Program-made: the position numbers and the translations under genes
In this document: piece by piece, positions 33,910 to 44,918 of the stretch
Position numbering within the stretch: the stretch's first letter is position 1
Layout of the letters: every line of letters begins with the position of its first letter
Notes under the pieces: generated by a model
What the model saw: only the letters and a program-made list of their open reading frames with translations
Told to the model about the DNA's origin: nothing
Databases searched by the model: none
Virus record (IMG/VR): IMGVR_UViG_3300045988_017036
Source of the DNA: a virus
DNA length: 45,268 bases
Strand: one strand, 5' to 3'

Positions 33910-34824
33910 ATGGCAGGTAATTTTGTTGGGGGTATTATTGGTGCGGCTATAGGTACAACTGTTGGTTTAGTTGGCTCTATTAAGGGTATAAGAGACACAC
34001 AGAAAGCAATGAAGGAAGCCTATCTTAGACAGATGGAAACACTCATGCTTAACTACAACTATAACCAAAATTCCCTAAATGAAGAACAAAGATATACACT
34101 AGCTGCTACCAAACAAAACCTATTCAATCTAGCGTTAAATAGCACACAGAACAATGCTCAGATATTTGCAGCTCAAGGTGAGACAGGTTATGAAGGACGT
34201 ACTGCCGGGCAAATAACTAGAGCTGTAGAAGGTCAAGTAGAAAGAAGAAGAACTAGCGTTATAGATAGCTACGAACAACAGATAAAGCAGATTAAAGATC
34301 AGCGTGATGCTCTGTACATACAGACTAAGAGAACTGTAGAACAAGCTGAAGATAACTTCAACAATATGCAGACTTCTGATCTTGAGAATTTGTTCAATGT
34401 TATGCACACTTCTGCTATGGCAGGTTACCAAGGATTTATGATTGGCTCTGGTATCGGTGGAGGCTTTGGTGGAGGTGCTGGTGCAAGTGGTGCTTCCGGT
34501 GCTTCTGGTTCTAGTATGCTTAGTGGCTCCTTCCAAGGTGTTGGACAGGCAGGTGGTTCTAGTATGCTTAGTGGCTCCTTCCAAGGTGTTGGCCAATCAG
34601 GTGGCTCTAGTATGCTTAGTGGCTCCTTCCTTAACTACTCCGGTATGTCTTCAGGAGGTGGCGGGGGAGGTTGGAGTTGGGATAGAGCAATACAGTCCTT
34701 TAATCAGGTTTACTCAAAGTACAGCTCTATACAGAATATGTTCTCTCAGTTTGGAGCTTTGGGGGAATCCATGGGTGCCTTGTTTGGTAACACTAGAAGC
34801 AATAGATATAACTTTATTTACTAA
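33910..34824 (+). CDS. internal virion protein (gp14-like) with a Gly/Ser-rich tandem-repeat region
   Basis: Hydrophobic N-terminus followed by a helical region, in a layout like T7 gp14. Contains three copies of SSMLSGSFQGVGQ. Confidence 0.5.
   Translation: MAGNFVGGIIGAAIGTTVGLVGSIKGIRDTQKAMKEAYLRQMETLMLNYNYNQNSLNEEQRYTLAATKQNLFNLALNSTQNNAQIFAAQGETGYEGRTAGQITRAVEGQVERRRTSVIDSYEQQIKQIKDQRDALYIQTKRTVEQAEDNFNNMQTSDLENLFNVMHTSAMAGYQGFMIGSGIGGGFGGGAGASGASGASGSSMLSGSFQGVGQAGGSSMLSGSFQGVGQSGGSSMLSGSFLNYSGMSSGGGGGGWSWDRAIQSFNQVYSKYSSIQNMFSQFGALGESMGALFGNTRSNRYNFIY
34507..34630 (+). repeat. 48-bp in-frame tandem repeat (2.6 copies) inside the gp14-like gene
   Basis: GGTTCTAGTATGCTTAGTGGCTCCTTCCAAGGTGTTGG(A/C)CA(G/A)(G/T)CAGGT repeated from 34507 and 34555, with a partial copy from 34603. 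Confidence 0.85.
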
Positions 34825-34833
34825 GGAGACTAG

Positions 34834-37029
34834 ATGCCTACATATCAAAATAGTGCGGGTAATACCGGCATAGCTAGACAGTATGGCGAGTGGAGATACT
34901 TTAATTCAAGTCTCCAAAGATTGGGTGAATACAAGGGGGCTAGACTCAATGTAAGAGTTTCCCCCTCAATGGCTCAAGCTAAAACAAACTATTGGCAAGC
35001 ATTGACTGGGCTTCTAGGTACTGTAGGAAAAACCTTTGAAGCATACAGAGATTATTCTTATCAACTGGCAGATAAGTATGTAGACAAGCATGGCATTGAT
35101 TCCTACAACAAGGCTATGGTTGACAATCAGGTTCCTATTCAGAATAACCCCTTGGCGATGGAAAGAATTAAGGAACGCCAAGGCCAAATTCTTTCAGGTA
35201 TTGTTAATAGTGACTTCAACAGTAGAATTGAAAATGGGGAGTTTGTAGGTAAATCTCCGTTTGCTGTTGAAGCGGCTATGATTGAGACTAAGTCACAGGC
35301 TCCTGAAGAACTGTCTAAGTATTTACCATTTGATATAGCTAATGACTATGCTTTCAATGAAGGTTACTGGGGAGGCTCACAAAAGCAAAGAGACCAAGCA
35401 AACCTAAAGAATGTTTCAGTCACTAGTGATAGAATCAAGCAACAAGCTCTCATAAATATATCTGGTGTCATCAACGGTATGGTTGACCAAGGATATTCTA
35501 TTGAAGATGTTTTTGCCAAGATAAAGGAATTTGAAGAGACAGAGGGTATTTACTTTGATCCTTCAGAGAAAACCAAACTGTATTCTTCGATTTTTGAAAG
35601 GGGTTCTTTGAGAGCTGATGGCAAAGAGTTCCTTGACTACATTGCTAACCAAAAGGTTCCCGGTACTACTGGCACTTTTAGAGATTTGTATGGAGATGAG
35701 TTCTTTCAAACTCTAAAGGTAAAAGCCGACAATGCTAAACTTGTAGAGAATGCGTCAAACTACTATAATTTCCTTGATACTCTGTGGGATTTAACAAACA
35801 AACCTGATGGAAACATAAAGCTGACTCAGATGTTAGATCAGGAGATTAGGAATAATGGTGGCATAAAGACTAAGAGAACTGAAGCAATTTATGATTCTAT
35901 AGAGAAATGGAAGAGCAACCAAAAGACTCTTCTTAAATCAGCAGAATCAGAAAACAAAAGAACATTAAATCTTGCGTCTTATATTGATTATTATAGAGAT
36001 AAAGCTTTAGGAAATACTTCTGAAACTGAAGAATCTGCTATATTCAGACTTAAAGGGGATGCTAACACTAGAAAACTTGCACAACAATTTGTTGTAGGTG
36101 AAGTATTAAACTCTGGTGATACTGTCAGAATTAACACTATGCTTAATAATATAGTTGCTAATGGCGCCCCTTCTGAACTTAGGACATTTACGGCTGAACA
36201 GTTTAAGAATGCCTTTACAAAAACAACTTCTGCTGTAGAAAAGTTTGTCAATAAGGGTGTTCTACCAACAAGTGCAGATCCGGATATGGTTCCTTTTACT
36301 GATGCTAAAGGAAATAATCTAGGGTATGTTCCTAAGAATCTGGCTAGTTTTGTTGAAGTCTATAACATGAATCCTTCTGCTGTAGCTGATCTTGTTAGTA
36401 ATGACAAGGGATTCAAAGATGATATGGATTTGATTAATATGGGGATGGATATGGGATATAACCCCATAGAAATCTTAGGACGTAAGCAAGCATTTATAGC
36501 CAATAATGAATCTATGAAGGATGCCACCGGTACTCCTGAGCAACAGTTTAATACACTTGTCAGAATGTCTGAAATTAGAGGCTTTGAAGAAGACAGAATA
36601 CCTAAAGCGCAGTTTGCTAGAGTAAACGCAGCACTTGATGGTATTGTTTTAGCTAGAGCGCATAAGCTGAGTCTTGTGACAAATGAAAGAATGGGTAAGT
36701 GTGTCTCTGCCGCTAAAGAACAAGTTGAAGCAGAACTTGCAGGTATTAATACCTTCGTTGTTCCCCGTAGTCTTCTTTTAAAAGATTTCGCAGGAATAAC
36801 TGTAGATTCAGACACCGTTGTAGATATAGCAAATGAAGTCTTTGTAGATATTGCTAAGACAGCACCGGGGGTTAAACTTCCTAAGGATTATGATGCTTCT
36901 TATTATGATGCAGCAAACAATACAATTCATGTGATTGATATTAGTGGTAATCCTAGAGGTGATATACCTATTAATGTCTTCACCAAGAAGATTAGAGAAG
37001 CTTTTGATAAAAGAAATATTGAGAGATAA
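34834..37029 (+). CDS. internal virion (core) protein (gp15-like)
   Basis: 731 aa. Position and size match T7 gp15. Confidence 0.65.
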   Translation: MPTYQNSAGNTGIARQYGEWRYFNSSLQRLGEYKGARLNVRVSPSMAQAKTNYWQALTGLLGTVGKTFEAYRDYSYQLADKYVDKHGIDSYNKAMVDNQVPIQNNPLAMERIKERQGQILSGIVNSDFNSRIENGEFVGKSPFAVEAAMIETKSQAPEELSKYLPFDIANDYAFNEGYWGGSQKQRDQANLKNVSVTSDRIKQQALINISGVINGMVDQGYSIEDVFAKIKEFEETEGIYFDPSEKTKLYSSIFERGSLRADGKEFLDYIANQKVPGTTGTFRDLYGDEFFQTLKVKADNAKLVENASNYYNFLDTLWDLTNKPDGNIKLTQMLDQEIRNNGGIKTKRTEAIYDSIEKWKSNQKTLLKSAESENKRTLNLASYIDYYRDKALGNTSETEESAIFRLKGDANTRKLAQQFVVGEVLNSGDTVRINTMLNNIVANGAPSELRTFTAEQFKNAFTKTTSAVEKFVNKGVLPTSADPDMVPFTDAKGNNLGYVPKNLASFVEVYNMNPSAVADLVSNDKGFKDDMDLINMGMDMGYNPIEILGRKQAFIANNESMKDATGTPEQQFNTLVRMSEIRGFEEDRIPKAQFARVNAALDGIVLARAHKLSLVTNERMGKCVSAAKEQVEAELAGINTFVVPRSLLLKDFAGITVDSDTVVDIANEVFVDIAKTAPGVKLPKDYDASYYDAANNTIHVIDISGNPRGDIPINVFTKKIREAFDKRNIER

Positions 37030-37031
37030 CA

Positions 37032-40000
37032 ATGCCTGATAATAAACCTATTGTTGCTACTACAGGAAGTATGCAACTATTTAGTGGTAATTCCACTTCT
37101 GTATCCTCAGCAACAAATAGTGGTATTCCTATATTGGGCTTGGATACAATCAATGAACAAGAACCTAGAGTAAACAATGAGTTACCTCAAGGAACACCTA
37201 ACGATATAGAATATAAACCTTATGGTTGGGATGAGCTTGGGAGACTTACTCAGGATTCCTATTCTATTTCTCCATTCGGTATGTTCTATAGACAAGCTAA
37301 GAATGGTACCGGTGACTTCTGGGAGAGTTACAAACCTTCCATTGCAGAACTTGATAAAATCTACAAACAGGTAGGTACTGATGAAGATGTCCTTGACGTT
37401 GTATTACGTGGTGCTGATACCTACGAAGAAGTAGAGAAAAACATAGCTCTCTATAAGCAGAACCTAGAGATTGAACGAAGGATTGCTAATAGTCCTTGGT
37501 ACTGGCAATTATATAGTGGTATCATAGGGGCTTTTGGTAATCCTGTTGATCTCGGTACGATGGCTTTGACTGCTGTAGTTCCTCCTGCCGGTGCTGTTTT
37601 AGGTGCATCTGCTAAGGCAGCTAAAGCTATAGATATAGGTGGTCGTATAGCTGCTAATGTTGTTTCTGGTGTAGCCGCTAATCAGGTTGCAGGTGAAGTG
37701 AGTGGTCTTGAAACAAATGCGTGGAGAGACGTAGCGGCTATCACTACTTTGTCTGGTGCTATGGAAGTAGCAGGGTATGCCGCAGCTAAACTTAAAGCCT
37801 CTAAGATTAAGGGTGTTCTGGCACATGACAAATATGTGACTAATGGTGAGAAACCTAAAGCTATCGGTGACTTTGCACCTGAGATTGAAAAAGTAACAAA
37901 GTCTAAGGGTTTTACTACGAAACTCAATGACATGAGAGAGCAACTAACTTCTGGTCTTCCTTCTGTCGAAGTAAAGCAAAGACTTCTTGATTATGATAAA
38001 GAAGGTCTTGATAGTGTCAGCTACCTTATAAGAAACACCACTCATTGGGAACAAGGTGCTAGACACGTAAGGACTGAATCAGATCAATCTAAGATTTATC
38101 TTAATGATCCTAAGGAAACTCTTCCTGTAGACGTTATGCCTTATGATAGAAGTGATAGGCTTGGTACTACTCGCTTTGGTTCCGGTAAGGCTACTCTTTA
38201 TGAAGAGACTGCAAAGCTTAAAGTGGATGATGATAAATACCTGAGAAGCTTTAGAAATGACATAGGTATTGTCTCTAAGATGTATGGAGACGAAGATGTA
38301 AGAAACTATTTGTTTCTAAAGGGTGAAGGCTATGATATTCCTCCTGAGTTAGCTAAACTGGATAAAGACCCAAGAATGCAGAGAGCTATTAAGAACTATA
38401 TAGCTTCCTACAAAAAGAAGGGGGAACAACTTACTCAGGTTGATGCTATATCTGATATTTGGGGATACTTGAATTATATTCCAATGAGAATAGACAGAAG
38501 AGCATACACAGCATATAGTAAGCAATTCGCTAATACAGAGCTTGCTAGAAAGAATCTTATGCGTTATCTGATGGAAGGTGTGTACAATAGCCCTAAGCAT
38601 CTTGAATGGTTCAAAGAAAGATTCGAACAAGAGCTTAAAGAAAGAGTAGCTAAAGAAAAAGAAGAAGCTGCTGCTAGAGGAATTGAGTACAAAGAAAAGA
38701 AGTTGTCTCAAGAAGACTATGATGCAGAACTGAATGACTTTATTGCTGGTAAAGCTGAAGCGGCATCTAAAGGTTATTCAGATCAGGGTGTCTCTTTAGA
38801 AAAACACTCTGATGATTATAGTGATTTCAGTACAGGGTTTTCTTTTACAAAGGAGAGAATGCCTTGGAATGCAGCATACGTTGATCGAAATGGTTTCTCT
38901 TTGAATAGTATTAGAGCTGATCCTGTTGATACTATAGAGAGATACAACAGACGTGCTAATGGTTTGATTGCTACTAAGCGTGTGTTTGGGAAGACCTTTG
39001 ATGAACTTGATGCTGATATTGTGTCTTCAGCTAATGAGCTGTTTGATAAGCATCATAAGGATACCAAGATAAGACAACAATACCTTAGAGATATGAGGGC
39101 TATGATTAGAAGAGCCTACGGCATGAATGTCTCAGAGAGAAAATCCTATGATGCTGTAGATGCTTTTATGGCTCTCTTCAAAAATGGAATGTTCTCTACT
39201 GTAGGTACTTTTATGGGTGCTTTGAACTCTGGTGAGATCGGTATGCTTGTTAATTCCTATGGTGCAGGCAGTCTTATTAGAAGCATACCGGGTGTTGGAA
39301 ATATCTACTCTAAGTTGGCTAAGTCTGGACACTTAGACAAAGCTAGTATTGAGTCTATCAAGAAGCATATAGTTGGATATGAGTTCAATGAAAGATTGAA
39401 TCTTAGGGCGGCTATCAAAGAAGCCACAGACAACTTTGAAGACATGAATCCTTATCTAGCTAAGGCTGTTGGGGCTTCTAGATTCATGGCTGAACATTCT
39501 CCTGCTAGTTTTGTGATGCGTGGTTTTCAAGGACACATTAATGATGTGATTACGGATGCTGTAACGTCTGAACTCATAACAAGAGCTTTAAGCACTAAAG
39601 GTGGTATCAAGGGGATGTTTAAAGACCCTAAAGCATTTGAACGATTAGGCATCACTAAGGACGACATTAAATATCTTAATAGAGTCTTGAGACGCTATAC
39701 TACTACCAACAAGGACGGTTCATATTCCCTGAAAGAAGGCTTTGAATCTCTGGCAGATGATGATATGTTCAGAGACATCTTTGGTAGACTCCATAAGTAT
39801 GCTTTTGAAGAATGCTTGCAGAGAAGAAATCCTGATGACATCTTTACGTGGCAGTTGGGAGACAAGAGTATAATGCTTGATCTGGCTATGCAGTTTAAGA
39901 CGTTTGCTATACAGTCTTACAACAAGAGATTCGTAAAGATGCTTAACCGTATTGAGGATGGGGATAGTTTGGCAATGTTTAACTTTGCTGTGACTACTAC

Positions 40001-40538
40001 TGCATTGTCTGGTACTGTCAATATGCTTGTCTCTTATACTCGTTCTCTTGGTATGGAAGAAGAGGCACGAAATGACTATCTTGATAGAACTATAGGATTC
40101 CATGATTTCAAAGACCTAGATAATCCTGAAGTTCTCGCTCAGGCATTGTTCTATAATATGGTTAACCGTAATCCTATTATAGCTGCCTTCGCACTCGGAT
40201 GGAATACTTTCGGTATTGGTACCGGTGGTAAAACAACAGCCTCGATTACAGACGACTATGCTGATAGTGCAACAATAGGTAACTTTAATGTTGGCAAGCA
40301 AATTACCGATATGATTCCTGCTACTAGACTTATAGATTCAACAGCGGACTTTGGTATTGGTCTATACAATTCAGGTATTATAGCTATGGATGATGAAGAA
40401 GATACCTATGAGAATAGATCAAAGACTTCCAAACAATTACTTAAAGGTCTTAATCTCTTACCTCAGTTGCCCTATTTGTCTCCTGTATTAAGAGACCACG
40501 TAAAAGACAGCCTCGAAGAATATAAATATGGATATTAA
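37032..40538 (+). CDS. internal virion (core) protein (gp16-like)
   Basis: 1168 aa. Position and size match T7 gp16. Confidence 0.7.
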   Translation: MPDNKPIVATTGSMQLFSGNSTSVSSATNSGIPILGLDTINEQEPRVNNELPQGTPNDIEYKPYGWDELGRLTQDSYSISPFGMFYRQAKNGTGDFWESYKPSIAELDKIYKQVGTDEDVLDVVLRGADTYEEVEKNIALYKQNLEIERRIANSPWYWQLYSGIIGAFGNPVDLGTMALTAVVPPAGAVLGASAKAAKAIDIGGRIAANVVSGVAANQVAGEVSGLETNAWRDVAAITTLSGAMEVAGYAAAKLKASKIKGVLAHDKYVTNGEKPKAIGDFAPEIEKVTKSKGFTTKLNDMREQLTSGLPSVEVKQRLLDYDKEGLDSVSYLIRNTTHWEQGARHVRTESDQSKIYLNDPKETLPVDVMPYDRSDRLGTTRFGSGKATLYEETAKLKVDDDKYLRSFRNDIGIVSKMYGDEDVRNYLFLKGEGYDIPPELAKLDKDPRMQRAIKNYIASYKKKGEQLTQVDAISDIWGYLNYIPMRIDRRAYTAYSKQFANTELARKNLMRYLMEGVYNSPKHLEWFKERFEQELKERVAKEKEEAAARGIEYKEKKLSQEDYDAELNDFIAGKAEAASKGYSDQGVSLEKHSDDYSDFSTGFSFTKERMPWNAAYVDRNGFSLNSIRADPVDTIERYNRRANGLIATKRVFGKTFDELDADIVSSANELFDKHHKDTKIRQQYLRDMRAMIRRAYGMNVSERKSYDAVDAFMALFKNGMFSTVGTFMGALNSGEIGMLVNSYGAGSLIRSIPGVGNIYSKLAKSGHLDKASIESIKKHIVGYEFNERLNLRAAIKEATDNFEDMNPYLAKAVGASRFMAEHSPASFVMRGFQGHINDVITDAVTSELITRALSTKGGIKGMFKDPKAFERLGITKDDIKYLNRVLRRYTTTNKDGSYSLKEGFESLADDDMFRDIFGRLHKYAFEECLQRRNPDDIFTWQLGDKSIMLDLAMQFKTFAIQSYNKRFVKMLNRIEDGDSLAMFNFAVTTTALSGTVNMLVSYTRSLGMEEEARNDYLDRTIGFHDFKDLDNPEVLAQALFYNMVNRNPIIAAFALGWNTFGIGTGGKTTASITDDYADSATIGNFNVGKQITDMIPATRLIDSTADFGIGLYNSGIIAMDDEEDTYENRSKTSKQLLKGLNLLPQLPYLSPVLRDHVKDSLEEYKYGY

Positions 40539-40543
40539 ACAAC

Positions 40544-43453
40544 ATGGCAGATACTATTGCTAATTATACAGGTAATGGTACTCAGACTGACTTTGTAGTT
40601 CCTTTTGACTACCTTAAGAAGAGCTTTGTACATGTCTATGTGGACAATGGCCTTACTCTTCTTACAGGTGGTGACTATGGAGATACCGGTGCTGACTATT
40701 ATTTCCTAGATGATACTACGATACGCCTTAAGACTGCCCCTGCTGAAGGTGAAGGTATTGTAGTCAGACGTTATACTTCAGCTACAGAACGAATAGTCTC
40801 CTTTGAGGATGCTTCTATTCTCAAAGCTACAGACCTTGATACGTCTCAGCTTCAAGCATTCCATATTGCTGAAGAAGCTAGAGATAACGTTAAGGATGCT
40901 ATGTTAAGAGACGATGAGGGTAACTGGGATGCTCAGAATGCCCGTATTGTCAATGTAGCTGACCCTGTAGATGACCAAGATGCTATGACTCTTGGTTACT
41001 ACTTGAACGATAAACAATCCGTCATAGACTTAAAGAATGAAACTAAAGGGTATCGAGACGAAGCTTTAGGTTTCAGAAATGAAGCTGAAGAATTTAAAGA
41101 TACCACTAAAGGTTACAAAGATGATGCTGAAGAGTCCAAGAATCTAGCTAAAGACTGGGCTATCAAGATGGATGGTAAGGTAGTCGAAGAAGGTGAAGAG
41201 ATAGACTACTCTGCCAAATATTGGGCACAGTCTGTAGCAGAGATGGGTGAAGCAGCTAAGGTTGTAGCTGACAACATTGAAGATGTTAATACTGTAGCAG
41301 ACAATATTGATGATGTCAATACTGTTGCAGGTGATCTTGAAGGTTCCTTTAAGCCTCCTCAATTTACCGATATGGGTAGAGTAGGCACAGGTGAAACTGA
41401 AGAGATCGAAGTAACCGGTGGTAACATTAAGACTGTAGCAGATAACATTGAAGATGTCAATAGTGTAGCTGGTGCTATCGAAGATGGTTCCCTTCAGACA
41501 GCTATAGATTCCGTACCTGTTACTGTTGAAAATGTCCGATTGTCCAATGAGGCTAAAGATGATGCTGTAGCAGCTTCTAACAAAGCTAAAGATTGGGCTA
41601 TCAAGATGGACGGCAAGGTAACTGATGATGAAGGTCTAGAAGTAGATTATAGCTCTAAATACTATGCTGACCAAGCAAAGGCTTCTGCTGAAGAGGCTAA
41701 TGTCTCTGCTGATGTTGTGACTGAAGCTGTGACTGAAGGTGTTTCTCAGATCAACGCTTTGTCTCAGCAAAAGGTAACTGAGATAACCAATGCAGGTACG
41801 ACACAAGTAAACAATGTGAATACTGCCGGTACAACTCAGGTTGAAGCTGTGAATACCACAGGTTCAACTCAGGTGTCTGCTGTAGAAGATGAAGGTGCTT
41901 CTCAGGTATCCGCTGTGACTGCTGAGGGTACTAAGCAAAGTGGCCTTGTTACTGCTAAAGGTACAGAACAAATTACCTTGGTAGGACAAAAGGGTGACTC
42001 TGTAATTGCCATCATTGATTCTTCTAAAGATGGCCTGATTGAAGAACTTCAGACTGAAGGTGAGACTCAGATTGGTCTTATAGAGACAGCAGGTACAACT
42101 CAGGTTGGCAATGTTAATACTGCCGGTACGACTCAGGTAGGCAATGTGAATGATGCAGGTGACACACAGGTTCAAGCTGTGAATACTGCTGGTACTAATC
42201 AGATTGCTGCTATAGGTACTGCTGCTGAAGAAGCTATAGCTGATCTTGAGCCTTACGTAGAGAAAGCTCAGGCATGGGCAGAGAAGACCGATGGCCCTGT
42301 TGAAGGTGGTTCTTATAGTGCCAAGTATTGGGCTAATCAAGCATCGAGTGGTCAACTTAATGCTGACTGGAATGAGACAGATTCTAGTAATAAAGGTTAT
42401 ATTAAGAATAAACCTGATCTTTCTGTTTATGCTGAAAAGACCTATGTCAATAGTGCTTTAAGTAGTGCTTTGGTTTATAAGGGTTCTGTCAATACGTATG
42501 CTAATCTTCCTGTAGCTTCACAGAAAGTAGGCGATATGTATAACGTAGCTCAGGCTGATAGTTCTCATAATATTAAAGCAGGAGACAATGTAGCTTGGAA
42601 TGGTAGTGCTTGGGATGTACTAGCGGGTGCTGTTGACTTGTCTGCTTACTTGACTAAATCGAGTGCTTCTTCTACGTATGCTACAATAGATGATCTTGAT
42701 GCTACGAATAACAGCCTTGATACCCTTGAGACAACTGTAGGAACTAAAGCTAATGATTCTGCTGTAGTTAAACTTACAGGAAACCAAACGATTGCCGGTA
42801 CTAAGACCTTTAGTTCTACCATTGCAGGTAATATCAATGGTACTGCTAAGAATGTTACTGAAAAGTTCTCTTTGTCAGCTAGAGGTGACATAGCGTATGG
42901 TACTAACAATGGTTATGTCATTGATAAAACTGCACTAGCTTATTGGAATGGTAGATATAATAAGAACTCAAGTAACCTTGAGTATTGCAAAAATGGTTCT
43001 ATTGTTGGTACTACAGGTAACCAAACCATTGGTGGTACTAAGACATTCTCTTCAACGATAGTTGGTAGTATCAATGGTAATGCTGCTACGGCAAATACCT
43101 TAAAGACAGCTAGAACAATCAATGGTACTTCCTTTAATGGCTCTGCGAATATCAACATTAATAATATTGTCTCCAGAGGGCTAGTAACTGCACTTACTGG
43201 TTCTACTAGAGGTTCAATTAAAGGTATTCAGCTTTATGAAGCTTATAAGAATGGGTATCCTTATCAATATGGTAATGTCATCCACATGAGAGGTTCTAGA
43301 GAAGAGTATGGTGGTGACAATGAAATCATGTTTACTTGGAAGGGTACAGATAGGGTATTCATTAGAAGTCTTAAAGATACTGCTAGTTCTGAGTGGACTG
43401 AGTGGAGTGAACTACAGGTAGTTAGAACTGATTATGGGAGAGTAGGTAGTTAA
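40544..43453 (+). CDS. tail fiber protein (T7 gp17-like N-terminal adaptor domain plus repeat-rich distal region)
   Basis: The N-terminal ~150 aa resemble the gp17 tail-attachment domain. Repeated KDWAIKMDGKV...DYSAKYWA fiber repeats. C-terminal NGTxxN-type repeats. Confidence 0.85.
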   Translation: MADTIANYTGNGTQTDFVVPFDYLKKSFVHVYVDNGLTLLTGGDYGDTGADYYFLDDTTIRLKTAPAEGEGIVVRRYTSATERIVSFEDASILKATDLDTSQLQAFHIAEEARDNVKDAMLRDDEGNWDAQNARIVNVADPVDDQDAMTLGYYLNDKQSVIDLKNETKGYRDEALGFRNEAEEFKDTTKGYKDDAEESKNLAKDWAIKMDGKVVEEGEEIDYSAKYWAQSVAEMGEAAKVVADNIEDVNTVADNIDDVNTVAGDLEGSFKPPQFTDMGRVGTGETEEIEVTGGNIKTVADNIEDVNSVAGAIEDGSLQTAIDSVPVTVENVRLSNEAKDDAVAASNKAKDWAIKMDGKVTDDEGLEVDYSSKYYADQAKASAEEANVSADVVTEAVTEGVSQINALSQQKVTEITNAGTTQVNNVNTAGTTQVEAVNTTGSTQVSAVEDEGASQVSAVTAEGTKQSGLVTAKGTEQITLVGQKGDSVIAIIDSSKDGLIEELQTEGETQIGLIETAGTTQVGNVNTAGTTQVGNVNDAGDTQVQAVNTAGTNQIAAIGTAAEEAIADLEPYVEKAQAWAEKTDGPVEGGSYSAKYWANQASSGQLNADWNETDSSNKGYIKNKPDLSVYAEKTYVNSALSSALVYKGSVNTYANLPVASQKVGDMYNVAQADSSHNIKAGDNVAWNGSAWDVLAGAVDLSAYLTKSSASSTYATIDDLDATNNSLDTLETTVGTKANDSAVVKLTGNQTIAGTKTFSSTIAGNINGTAKNVTEKFSLSARGDIAYGTNNGYVIDKTALAYWNGRYNKNSSNLEYCKNGSIVGTTGNQTIGGTKTFSSTIVGSINGNAATANTLKTARTINGTSFNGSANININNIVSRGLVTALTGSTRGSIKGIQLYEAYKNGYPYQYGNVIHMRGSREEYGGDNEIMFTWKGTDRVFIRSLKDTASSEWTEWSELQVVRTDYGRVGS

Positions 43454-43474
43454 TATGAAATCAGGGGATTTTAG

Positions 43475-44350
43475 ATGGCTGTAAATTTAACTAACTTAGA
43501 CATATCCACAAGATATGCTCTACAAGAAGACTTTGATAATGGATTTGTTGGTAGAGACAGACAAATCGTTATACAAACGGATGATGCTAAAGGGTATCGT
43601 CCAATTATCATGGATGGTAAGACTTCGGGTGGCAAGAACAAGGTTGCTCTTATGGATGACCTTGAAGATTGGAAACCTGCAAGAGCAACTAGTGCAGACA
43701 GGTTGCAAACTGCAAGAACAATCAGAACGAATCTTGCTTCTACTTCTACTGCATCCTTTAATGGTACTGCTAATGTAACACCGGGTGTTCAAGGTATCCT
43801 TGGTATTGCTAATGGTGGTACAGGCAATGATGAGGGTACTGTTGCTAAATTGACTACAGCTCGTACCTTTATTTGCAACCTAGAGTCAACTACTGCTGGT
43901 TCCTTCAATGGTTCTGCTAATGTGACTCTTGGTGTCTCTGGGGAATTGCCTATTGCAAGAGGAGGTACAGGTAGAAATGATGGTCATGCACCTAAAGACA
44001 TCCTTATGTCTGGCAATAGAGGAAACCTTAACGGATATGAGAACTCTAGCAATGTAACTTCAGCTAGTATGACTGTAAATAATAGTTCGAGAGATTCTAT
44101 TTGTTGGACTTATTCAGGAACTATGGCTTTGACTATCAGTAACGGTGCTGCTAATCAATCGTGGACTAAGGTTATTGTTATGAACAATGCGAATAGTGCT
44201 GGTAAATTAAATGTAACTGCTGATTCGTCTAAGTTTACTTGGATAACCGATAATGCTACTAGTCTTCCTACTAAAGCTTTTGTTGGCATTATGGTTGTTC
44301 ACTGGTCTAATACTCATGGGTTTATTTCTCTGATGTTTAAGGAGTCTTAA
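43475..44350 (+). CDS. second tail fiber / receptor-binding-like protein
   Basis: 291 aa with repeats ARTIRTNLASTSTASFNGTANVT and ARTFICNLESTTAGSFNGSANVT, similar to the distal repeats of the fiber. Confidence 0.55.
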   Translation: MAVNLTNLDISTRYALQEDFDNGFVGRDRQIVIQTDDAKGYRPIIMDGKTSGGKNKVALMDDLEDWKPARATSADRLQTARTIRTNLASTSTASFNGTANVTPGVQGILGIANGGTGNDEGTVAKLTTARTFICNLESTTAGSFNGSANVTLGVSGELPIARGGTGRNDGHAPKDILMSGNRGNLNGYENSSNVTSASMTVNNSSRDSICWTYSGTMALTISNGAANQSWTKVIVMNNANSAGKLNVTADSSKFTWITDNATSLPTKAFVGIMVVHWSNTHGFISLMFKES

Positions 44351-44354
44351 TGCC

Positions 44355-44918
44355 ATGATTAAGAAATATATTTATAAAGGAAAAGAATACACGTCTGTTT
44401 ACCAATTGAAGAAAGACATTTGGGCACAAGACGGTAAAGCCTTTTCTACTCCTAATGATGCTGCTGGATGGGCAATATATGGGGTTGTCTATCAAGAACT
44501 CCCTGACCCTGAACCGGTAGAACCTTCTTTGGAGGAAGTAAAGAAAATCAAACTAAATGAACTTGAAAAGAAGTTCCTTAGTTGGTATGAAGATGACGCT
44601 AAGATGATCTCTAGCTTAGGATATGAGTGTGACTCTGATGCTAGAGCTATGATGGACGTTAATGGTCTGGTTATAGCAGCTGAGTCTGGAGCTATGACTT
44701 ATAGTTCTATCTTCATGGATGCTAATAATCAGCCCCATACGGTATCCTTGGAACAACTCAAGACAATACAGCTTGAGATCATTACAGCAGGACACTCTGC
44801 ATATAATGAAAAGTGGGCTTATAGAACAGCTATTGAATCTGCTGCATCCGCAGAGGAAGTCAATGGTATCACTATAAGTTTCACTAAGTGTGACTTTAGT
44901 AGCAATGAGGCATCCTGA
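44355..44918 (+). CDS. hypothetical protein, possibly a tail-fiber assembly/chaperone protein
   Basis: Called only on position downstream of the fiber genes. Confidence 0.3.
   Translation: MIKKYIYKGKEYTSVYQLKKDIWAQDGKAFSTPNDAAGWAIYGVVYQELPDPEPVEPSLEEVKKIKLNELEKKFLSWYEDDAKMISSLGYECDSDARAMMDVNGLVIAAESGAMTYSSIFMDANNQPHTVSLEQLKTIQLEIITAGHSAYNEKWAYRTAIESAASAEEVNGITISFTKCDFSSNEAS

Noticed and set aside
1042-43792. Minus-strand ORFs in the six-frame track (e.g. 1042..1512, 1564..2070, 13401..13976, 28703..29587, 34135..34596, 36360..36815, 41864..42355)
   Set aside because: Every one lies antisense within a well-supported + strand gene that has T7-family homology. T7-like genomes are transcribed from one strand. 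None has an RBS or a recognisable motif.
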